A DNA stretch of 64,000 nt from the NCBI GenBank assembly GCA_009914755.4, contig CP068257.2, forward strand, positions 17,888,001 to 17,952,000. The letters run 5' to 3'. A program made the position numbers and the translations under genes. This stretch comes from the human T2T-CHM13v2.0 reference genome, Homo sapiens. The notes beneath the pieces are model-generated. The model did no database searches. It saw only the letters and a program-made list of their open reading frames with translations, and was not told where the DNA came from. Numbering within the stretch: position 1 is the stretch's first letter; each line of letters opens with the position of its first letter. Shown one piece after another: positions 53,268-64,000 of the stretch.

Positions 53268-56200
53268 TTAAATACTCTAATGTTTAATATATGCACTTAA
53301 AATGATAATTCTCCTTCATAGTATTGAAATTGCCCAACTTATAAGTATTGATAAGTTTTATTTAGGTTTTTGATTGTAGGTATTTCATGTTTTCAATAAA
53401 TACTTTCATTCATAAATATCTTCAAATTGTTTCTTTTTTAGTTTTAATTTCCAATTGCATGAGAGATTTTGATTTAGAACTGTGTTCTGATTTACAATTT
53501 GAGTGCTTTTTGTTAAGAATGTAGTCTATATAACATCAATGTATTGGTACTTAGAGACTATTGCTCAGATACATAGTTGATACACTTTTTATGTGTGCAC
53601 TTGAAAATATATGAGTAATATAATTTTGGAGAACAGAATTCTACACACGCACAAGCACAAATATAGACACATATGTGAGCAAATTGTTAATTGCACTGTC
53701 AAATTTTTCTATGTCTTTTTCTTTCAAATTCTAATAGTATTTGTTAAAAATGGCCCACTATGACTATGCTATAGCCTTACTGTTTATGCTGTTAATTGGA
53801 TTTTATAACTGCATACATAATACTTGAGATCTAGTTTGCTCCATTGTATTATTGCTTCTCTTCATAAGGTGAATGTTTGCTCAAAATTGTAATTCTTCTG
53901 GTAATTTATTCTTGTGTAAATTATGTCACTAAATCATTACCCATTCTACAATCCTGTCTTTCCAGATTTATAATCTTGGCGTTCCTGGTAGCTACAACTT
54001 CACCTGTGTGTTTTGCTTCAATCTAATTAGAGATGTTCTAGTGTAAAATAATGCTCATCTCTTCTTCTAATCTTGCACACTTATACCATCTCAGCTTCTA
54101 GAAGTGTCCCAGAAGCTGGACCCTCAATCAAATATTTACACCTTTGCCTAGGGTTCCAGCTATAGAAAATATAAACAGAAGACAAATGAACATAAAGAAA
54201 ATTATTTCATCTTAATCTTTTATTAAGCAATATATATTACACCTTAAATATCTGTTATCTAATATTTGATTGTCTTTTAGAAGTTTCTGATGAAAACTAT
54301 GTAATATTCCAAATTACTGATTACAGAAAGTAGGCCAAACAGGACATTTCTGTTACAAGGCTTTATCCATTTTTGAACATGAAAACTTTACCTAAGATTA
54401 TTTTGTCCAAGGAAGTAAGTTTATCTTCACTTTTACTTCAGTTGGATTGGTGTTTTATCTATATTATACACTTACATGGAAGTTATAAAAAGTTTTATTT
54501 CAATTAGAACATTCAATGTGAAAATAGGCTTTTACTCTCAAAGAAGGAGATGATGTAATATGTTTTCAATTCCTGTTCCATTTGTTCTGAATGCTGAATG
54601 TATTTCTGTTTAATTTAATGTCTTTTAGGTAGTACTTCGCAAAATTTCTTTAAAGACTATAAACAATTATCCAAATCTATATGAATAATTGCTGAGTTTT
54701 TCATTTGTCAGTATATTCTCATTATCACTAATAATTTTGCTCCAAACAGCTAAATGTTTTCCTCAAAGATATCTTTCATTTTATATCCTTTTATATAAAA
54801 AATTTTTAGTTTCCTTTAATGTTGCCAAACTAAAAAAAAAAAAAATGGCAGGACAGTAAAATGCTGTGAAGTCACCTTGTTCTTTCAATTCTTCTGTTTT
54901 CTGCCTCAAAGTGGTAATAAAAACCAGGATATGTATTTCTTAGTTGGCCCTGAATCAATCATCAATCGGTTATTCAGTCAATCACTTTTATTTTCCCCCT
55001 TTTCCTTAAAAGAACTTTTTCAGGGGTCTGCAATAATGGCCATTCTACATAGACTCAACTTATGATCATGGGATTCTTGGATTTAATTTTTCTTTTATTC
55101 TTTTTTCATACAGTTTTTGTGAGAAGCGTCAATTAGCAAAGTAGTTTTCAGATATTCCTGTTTTTGTCAACTAACATTATGTACAATCAAAACTAACTTT
55201 ATTGACAATTATTTTTAATTTACATTCGTAATATGGTCAGCATTGATATTAATATTTTAAAGACATGAAGAGTAGGGAGGATAGATATTATGTTTAACCT
55301 AAAGAAGAGATAGAAAGACAATGAGCCTCCATCCTCCATCCATCCTTTTCCAAATTATAAATTCCTCACCTCCCTTAAAAAATACAATCATGTTTTTTAA
55401 GTCATGTAAATAGTAGTAGTCAATTATAGTATCTTTTAATAAAATAATTCATAAATTAAATGCAAAATTGTACCTCCTCATATATATATATAACTTTAAA
55501 TGACACTAATCTTGTACAAATCCTTCAAATTTTTTCATGCATCTTTAAACCTCATGCATATTCAAACCTCACACATATTCAAAAGTATGTGTGTGCTAGG
55601 TAAACATAGAAGACATCCCCTATTGATCTCCACCTCCTGATATTCACATTTGTCGTAAACCCTTCTTGAATATGGGCTGAACCTAACAGCTAGCTTCTAT
55701 TTAACACAGTACAGCACAAGGGGAAGGACACCACTTCCATGAGGAAGTTATGAAAGATTGTGATTTTCTTTTGTGGAGTATATTAATAGATCCCAGGAAT
55801 TCATGGTCAAAAATTCTTGTTGGATCATTACTCTGACCATTCTAACCCTGCTCCTATTAAATCATGGTTATACCAGACTTAATGGCTGGAAATAACAGGA
55901 ATGCTCAATAAATGCTTATCTGTTCTACTGTGAAATCTACCCCTGGTTTGTCAATTACTGCAAAACGTGAGTGAGTCTGCGCATAGGCCAAGAGTCTGTG
56001 GTAAAGGAAGGCTTTTTCGCTGTAAATACTCAGAATGTTTCTTACTATTCCACTGGAAAATGAAGCAAGCTTCTAAGTATGCTCTTGGTAAAGAAAAATA
56101 CTTTGATGTATGTGATCTTTAGAATAGTAGTTTCCTGCTATGATTAATTCTAAGAGTTTCAAATCTGCTAGTTAGAGTGAAATGGTAAGTGGCCTGTTAG

Positions 56201-56672
56201 CCCATGTCTGCTGCATGATAGGCCCAGTGGGACCACAAACCAAAATATCCTCATGGTTATTTTCTCTAGTCTGGTAAATATTTGGAATGAACAATTCTGC
56301 AATAAGAAAAATTTCCATTGTGGTTCCCTGACTTTTGAAGTATGGATTTTATGATGGAAAGGACAATGCCCAGGAAAGTTTCTTTCCCTAAAAGTATCGT
56401 CAATCAAAACAATTGCTTACTCCTTGGAAGATTATAGAGATTAGCAACTCTATCAAACACTTGAAGGAAACCCTGTGTAGTTTTCTAAATAATCTCATTT
56501 TCAAAAAATAGACTTTAAAAAAATAAAAATAGAAATTTCAAGTTCACAGAAAAATTTAGCAGAAGATACAGAAATTTTCTGTATAGCTCCTGCCCCCATA
56601 CATGCATAGACTCCCCCATTATCAACATCCCCCACCAGAGTGCTACATTGGTTACAATTGGATTATCTAAAT

Positions 56673-56966
56673 TGCCGGGTGTGATGACTCATGCCTATAA
56701 TCCCAGTGCTTTGGGATGCCAAGGTGAAAGCATCTCTTGAGGCCAGGAGTTTGAGATCAGCCTGGACAGCAGAGTGAGACCTCATCTCTTGAAAAAATAA
56801 AAAAATAAAAAATTGGCCAGTGTGGTGGGTAGTCCTAGCTACCAGAAAGCTGAGGCAGGAGGATCGCTTGAGCACAGGAGTTTGAGATTACAGTGAGCTA
56901 TGACTGAGCAACTGCACTCCAGCCTCGGTAAGAGAGCAAGACTCTGTCTCAAAACAAAACAAAACA
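56673..56966 (+). mobile_element. old Alu SINE (AluJ-like), inserted at the 3' end of an L1
   Basis: gccgggtgtgatgactcatgcctataatcccagtgctttgggatgccaaggtgaaagcatctcttgaggccaggagtttgagatcagcctggacagcagagtgagacctcatctc…gtggtgggtagtcctagctaccagaaagctgaggcaggaggatcgcttgagcacaggagtttgagattacagtgagctatgactgagcaactgcactccagcctcggtaagagagcaagactctgtctcaaaacaaaac. Confidence 0.9.
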
Positions 56967-58917
56967 CAAGTAAACCAGCTAAATTGACACATCACAATAT
57001 AAAGTGCATAGTTTACATTAGGGTTCACTCTTGGTCGTGTCTATTCTGTGGATTAGCACAAATGTATCATGACATTTTCTACCACTAGAGCATCATATAG
57101 AATACTTTTACTAACTAAAAAGTTCTCTGTGCTCTCTCTGCTTATCCCTCACTCTTCCCACTCTGCTCAAGCCCTGGCGATCACTGATATTTTACTGTCT
57201 CCATAGTTTTGCCTTTTCCAGAATGCCATACAATTGGGATTATACAATATGGAGGCTTTTCAGATTGGCTTACTTTAGTTAGTAATATGCATTTAACTGT
57301 CTTCTATGCCTTGTCATGGCTTGATAGCTAATTTATTTTTAGCAGTTAATAATTTCCATTGTCTGGATATACAACAGTTAATCTATCCATTCACCTATTG
57401 AATGACATCTTGGTTGGTTCAAATTGTTAGCAATTTTCAACTCTTTTTGGGTAGAAACTGTAGAGCAGAATTGCTAGATCATACTGAAAGAGCATGTTTA
57501 GTTTTGTAAGAAACTGCAAGACAATATTATGATGTGACTGTACCATTTTGCATTCCTACCAGGAATGAATGAGAGTTCCTCTTGTTCTATATCCTCTCCA
57601 GCATTTGATATAGTCTGTGTTCTGATTTTGGCCATTCTAATATGTGTGTAGTGATATCTCATTTATGTTTTAATTTGCATTTTCCTGTTGACATGTGATT
57701 TGGGGAATCTAGCCGTGTGCTTATTTATCATCTGTATATCTCCTTTGGTGAAGCATCTGTTAAGACTTTTGATCTAATTTTTAATTTTTCTTTTTATTTC
57801 TGAATTTTAAGAGTTCTTTTTATCGTTTGGCTAGTAGTGCCTTGTCAGATATATCTTTTGCAGATATTATCTCCTAGCCCGTGGCTTGTCTTTTTTATTC
57901 TCTTGAAATTGCTTTTGCAGAATGGAAGTTTTTCATTATAGTAATGTCCAGCTTTTTAAAAATGGATAATGTCTTTGTTGCTGTATCTAAAAAGGCATGG
58001 CCATACCCTAGGTAATCTTGGTTTTCTCCTATGTTATCTCCTAGAAACTTTATAGTTTTATACATTAAACAACGTTAATGTCTATAATCTATTTTAACTT
58101 AGTCACTGTGAATAATGTAAGGCACTGTGTCTACAAAAATGTATATTTTTTTGCCTGTGGATGTCCAAATGTCCCAGCACCATTTATTGAGATGATTTTT
58201 TTAACTTTATTGTTTTGATTCCTTTGTCAAAGATCAATTAACTATATTTATGTAGGTTTATTTTGGGTGGATTGATCTATTTGTCTATTCTTTTTCACAA
58301 CCACACTGTATTGATTGCCATAGCTTTATAGTATGCCTTAAAATCAGGTAGTTTCAGTCTTCCTAATTTGTTCTACTCCTTCAATATCAAGTTGGCTATT
58401 CTAGGTCTTTTGCCTCTTCATATTAACTTTAATATCAGTTTGCCAATATCCACAAAATAGCTTCTTAAATTATTACTGGGGGTGGATTGAATCTATACAG
58501 CAAATTGGAAAAACTGACATAGTGACAATCTTGATTTTTCCTATCCATAAATTTGGAATATCTCTCAATTTATTTAGTACTTTAATTTCTTTCATCAGAA
58601 TTTGGTTGTTTTTCTCATAAAAATTATTTTGTTTGATTTATACCTATGTGTTGATTGGAATGCCAATATAAATGTTACCCTTTTTTATTTACAATTTCAT
58701 TTGTTCTTTGCTGGTATATAGGAAAGTGATTTACTTTTGCTTATTAGTTCATGGAGGTTTCTTTGCTGATTCTTCTGTATTTTCTACACTGATGATCATG
58801 TCATGTGTGCGCAAGAGCAATTTTATTTCTTTCTCCCCAATCTGTATATTCTTTATTTTTTTTTGTCTTAATTGCATTAGCTGGGACTTCCAGCTTGATG
58901 TTTAAAAAGAGGTGTGA

Positions 58918-59282
<365 letters not shown>

Positions 59283-59987
59283 TTAAGCTTCGCACCATTA
59301 ATTCTGGTGGTAGTTGTGGGGTTTTTTTTTTAACATATTCTTTATTAAATTGAGTAAGTTTCTCGTTATTCTCAGTTTATTGAGTGTTTTTAGTATGCCT
59401 GGGTGTTGGATTTTGTCAAATGTTTTATGCACGTATATTGATATAATTATGTAACTTTTTTCTCTTTTATGCTGTTGCTATGATGGGTTACACTGATTGT
59501 TTATCAAATGTTAAACCAGTTTATACCATGGATAAATCCTACTCAATCAAGATGTATAACCACTTTTATACATAGTTACATTCAATTTGCTAGTATTGAG
59601 AAATTTTGCATCTATATTTATAAAAGGTATTAGTCTGTAGATTTATTTTAATGTCTTTGTCTGGCTTGGGGATTAGTGTGATGCTGGGTTTAAAGAGCAC
59701 CCTTTGTGTATTTTTATTTAGAGCATATCTAAATAGAGACATGAGTTACAAAGTTTAAGAATATAAAGAATGAGTTACAAAGTTTTTTCTCCCTTTTATT
59801 CTTGGTTAGCCTGGCTAAAGTTTTGTTGATTTTATTAATCTTTTCAAATAGCCAGGTTTTCTTGTCATTGTCTTTTTTCTATTGATTCCCTGTTTTCAAT
59901 TTTATTAATTTCTAGTCTAATTACTATTATTCATTTTCTGCATCTTACTTGTGATACAATTTTTTCTAGTTTCCTAAGGTGGAAATT

Positions 59988-60557
59988 TATATTAATAATT
60001 TAGATCTTGTGATGGTTAATTATGATTGAAGAATACAAAGTATTTTTTCTGCTTGTGTCTGTGAGGGTGTTGCCAAAAGAAATTAACATTTGAGTCAGTG
60101 GACTGGGAGAGGCAAATCCACCCTCAGTCTGAGTGGGCACCATCTAGCTGAATATTATAGCTGCATTTGGTGCACTTGGTGCAGCTAGAATAAAGCAGGC
60201 TGAAGAAAGTGGAAGGACTTGACTTCCCAAGCCTTCTGGCCTTCATCTTTCTCCCATGCTGGATACTTCCTGCCCTTGAGCATCAGACTCCAAGTTCATC
60301 AGCTTTTGGACTCTTGAAATTACACCAGGGGTTTGCCAGGGGCTCTTGGGCCTTAGCCACCAACTGAAGACTGCACTGTCAGCTTCCTTATTATTGAGGT
60401 TTGGGGACTCTTGCTGGCTTTCTTGCCCCTCAGCATGCAGACGGCCCATTGTGAGACTTCACCTTGTGGTCCTGTGAGTCAATACTCTTTAATACACTCC
60501 CCTTCATATATACATCTATCTTATTAGTTCTGTCCCTCTAGAAAGGCCTGACTAATA
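59988..60557 (+). mobile_element. MaLR LTR (MLT1-type), nested in the L1
   Basis: tgtgatggttaattatgattgaag…gtgtctgtgagggtgttgccaaaagaaattaacatttgagtcagtggactgggagaggcaaatccaccctcagtctgagtgggcaccatctagctgaatattatagctg…gccttctggccttcatctttctcc…ccaactgaagactgcactgtcagcttcc…ctcagcatgcagacggcccattgtgagacttc…agttctgtccctctagaaaggcctgactaatacag. TGT…ACAG termini and the block order (gttaattatg…ctgtgagggtgtt…attaacatttga…tcagt.gactg…cctgactaatacag) match the MaLR/MLT1 consensus. Confidence 0.6.
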
Positions 60558-61443
60558 CAGATATTTTCTTCTTTTCTAGTATATATATTCAATGCTATAT
60601 AATTTCCTCTAAGGATTGCTTTCACTGTGTTTCACAAATTTTGATAAGTTGTATTTTTATTTTCACTTAGTTCAAAATGTTTTTTAACTTGTCTTGAGAT
60701 TTCTTCTTTGCCCATATGTTATTTAGAAGTGTGTTTGGAATTTTTCAATTATCTTTCTGTTATTGATTTACAGTTTAATTCCCGTGTTTTCTAAGAGTAG
60801 TCATTGTATGATTTGTAATCTTTTAAATTGTTGAGGTGTGGTTTATAGCCCAGAATGTGGAATATCTTGGTGAATGTTTTGTGTGAGTTTGAGAAGAATG
60901 TGTATTCTTTCACTGTTGGATAAAGTAGTCTATGAATGTTAATTATATCTAGTTGATTAGTAGAATTGCTGAGTTCAACTGTGTTCTTACTGATTTTTAC
61001 CTGCTGGATCTGTTCACTTCTGATAGAGGTATGTTGAAGCCTCCACATATGATAGTGGATTCACCTATTTCTCCTTGAAGTTCTACCAGCTTTTTCCTCA
61101 CGTATTTTGATGCTGTGTTGTTAGGTGCATATGAGTAAGGATTGTTATATCTTATTGGAGAATATACCCTTTTATTATTTGTAATGCCATCCTTTATCCC
61201 TAATAATTTTTTTTGCTTTGAAGTCTGCTGTGTGTGAATTTAATATAACTATTCCTGTTTGTTTTGATTAGTGTTAGTATGGTGTATATTTCTAAAGCTG
61301 TTACCTTTAATTTATATGTGTCTTTATATTTAAAGTGGGTTTCTTTTTAAAACAAATTAAAGTTGGATGATATTTTCCAATTCACTGACAATCTCTGTCT
61401 TTTAACTGGTACATTTAGACCATTGACATTCAGTGACTGTTAG

Positions 61444-61783
<340 letters not shown>

Positions 61784-64000
61784 TTTGTTACTTTTTTCTA
61801 TTTGTTCCTTGTTGTTTGTTCTTATTTTTGTCTTCCACTCTTTTCCTGCTTTTGTTATTTTAATTGAGAATTTAATGTAATTTTATTTTCTCTCCTTTCA
61901 TAGAAAATTATCTATACTTTTTTTTTTACTTTGAAAAATTTCCTCTCCTTTTAAGTTGCCAGTTTGACAGGTCAAGAAGATGGCCGGTTACAGTACTCAC
62001 CTTATTTGAACTTCCAGGAGGTTTTGTCACAGTTGGTCCTCTTTTGTCTTTAAACATTTTCTCCTAATATTTTCCAGAATTTTACAACCCCTTGTCGTTT
62101 GTCTTCCTCCTTCCATTGCTCCATCTCCATATTCTCTGTTTTCTCATCGCTTCTCAAATCTCTGATAATTGCCCAGGTTTTGTGCTTGGACCCCTTTTTT
62201 TCTGCATCAGAACTGTTTCTTGTGGTGTTTCATCTAATTCCACAGCTTCACTTGTCTTCTGTGTGTTAATGACTTCCAAACTGATAACTTCAGGCAACAG
62301 CTCTCCTCTGAATTCTAGTTGTGTATATTGAAATTCCTACTGTATATCTTCACTTAGATGACTAATTAGCTGCTCAAATTTCTCATATTAAAAATAACCG
62401 GCATTGGTATAGTCTTCATTGTCACCATGTAATTAGAGAGACCAAAATAAACACCTTTATCAATGAAGACAGACTCTGAGGTTAAGGGAAAAAAAAGAAA
62501 AACACCTACAGATTGAGGGTTCAGGCTTTAGCTGGCATAACAACTTCCTAAATTCCTATGGATACAAGAAAAACTACACTCTTCCTAAGTTCTGGAACAA
62601 TAGGAACTATCACTAATTTACAACCCAGACAACCACAACTGATTGAACAGAGGACTGGCCTTACATTCTTTTCTGCTAGGAAACTGCAGATCTCAAGCCT
62701 GTTTCAGCCAGAATATACTGACTGTGTAAATATTATCTCTGTGCCCTATAGTTAACCTTTTGATGTAAAGAGCCAACATCCATCTCATTTTAGTGCTAAA
62801 ACTCCACCCTAAAGTAATATACACATGTGTTTTTCTCCTCTGTTAATTATGTATAGCTTTCTCCAAAACCTACTAATTATGTATGATTCTATTAATATTT
62901 TGTGGCACAGATCCTGTGGTAAAGCATAAAAAGCAACCTGTCTTTTACCTCTTTAAAAAGAGAGCACCTTAGGTCCATGCCAGAGACTGTCTTTTCCTGG
63001 TTTGCAAACTGATATAGCCAGTAAAATTCTCCTTTCTACTATTTAGCCATCCTGGTGATCTTTTGCGTGGCACCCACTCTAAAACTACACTTGGTTTTCT
63101 TTTCGGTCCAGGATAACAACTTCATTTTTCCTTCTCAACGTTTTTTCCTTAGCAATGATTACCATTTGGCAAGCAATTTTTTTTTTGTAAGTTTTTTACT
63201 TTGTTTGGTTTCTATTTTCTTCCACTAGAATGAAAATAACATAAAGATATATATTTTTATTATTTTGTCTTTTCAAAGCTCATACTTAGATGGTTCCTAG
63301 CCTAGAATTTAACATTGTTGTTGAACAAGTGATTGAAGTTTAGAATTTCAAAAATGAGAACAAAAATAATAATACAACAGTAATTCAGTTACATGTTATT
63401 CAATATTTTCCTCCCAAAAGAGCAAATGTACTGCTGATTTATTTTAAATCCTCCTTGTTTCCAAGCAACATGATTAGTGTTTGCAAATATCCTATTATAA
63501 AATTTTGATCCATATCTTGTAAGGAAATAAAGTTTATTAGTTATGTAGCTTTTTTGAAAGCTTTCATATGCAACTTTCTTTATTTCCTGGTGTTTGACTA
63601 TATTCCTTTTTTTTCTCTTTGATCAACTATTACATTTTTAAAGCAATATTAAAAACCTCTGTAGTCGTAAAGAATTTTTCTCAAGTTAGAGGTAAGATTT
63701 TCTATGTTGTCAATCAGTGCCAGTCCAAGTTGCTATGAGATATATTTCAAAGCTGATGCAACAGCCTATGTATACACTAACTGAAAAACTCTCATTGTCT
63801 TTTTTTAAATGAAATTTTTCTGTTTAAAATGAACTAATTTTAAACATCCTACCTAGCTACAATTTCAAAGATATATGCTTATTACTCTTACGTGAAAACA
63901 GAAAGCAGAAGCATGCAGAGCAGACAAAACTGTTATCTCTTAAACTGCTTCTTCTTTCTTCTTTTACCTCTTTAAGAAGTGATTTCCCCATGGTTATATA

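Noticed and set aside
62400-64000. Possible continuation of the L1 (5'UTR) or another old repeat beyond 62400
   Set aside because: I could not match the sequence to any consensus by eye, so I left the L1 boundary at ~62400 with stated uncertainty.

Overview
The window is primate, almost certainly human, nuclear DNA that is AT-rich and non-genic. It looks like a deep intron or an intergenic stretch. I can support no protein-coding exon, CpG island, RNA gene or prokaryotic-style system (operon, CRISPR, defence island). No track ORF exceeds 154 aa, and every one over 100 aa lies on a microsatellite, an Alu or an L1. The recognisable content is a mosaic of transposable elements and simple repeats.

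Elements identified by eye:
- Twelve Alu SINEs in both orientations. Several look young (AluY/S-like) with intact target-site duplications (TSDs) and long pure A tails; others are old and diverged (AluJ-like).
- Seven LINE-1 pieces. Two are short 5'-truncated 3'-end insertions with their own TSDs. One is the 5' part of an old L1 (ORF1 plus the endonuclease (EN) region of ORF2). One is a roughly 5.4 kb old L1 on the minus strand carrying nested Alu, LTR and Alu insertions. One is an old L1 3' fragment on the plus strand.
- LTR pieces: three THE1-type MaLR LTRs (one partial), one MLT1-type MaLR LTR, two MLT2-like (ERVL) LTRs lying tail-to-tail, and two weaker candidate solo LTRs.
- Many microsatellites: (CA)n, (CT)n(CA)n, (GATA)n, (GTTT)n and AT-rich minisatellites.

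Structures worth a second look:
- A ~630-650 bp inverted segmental duplication that includes half of a THE1 LTR.
- ~155 bp direct repeats bracketing an old L1 fragment.
- A ~236 bp MITE-like unit with perfect 30 bp terminal inverted repeats.
- ~70 bp direct repeats 1.15 kb apart.

I could not run any homology search. Family names come from consensus sequences I recognise by eye and are approximate. Boundaries are accurate to roughly ±10 bp.
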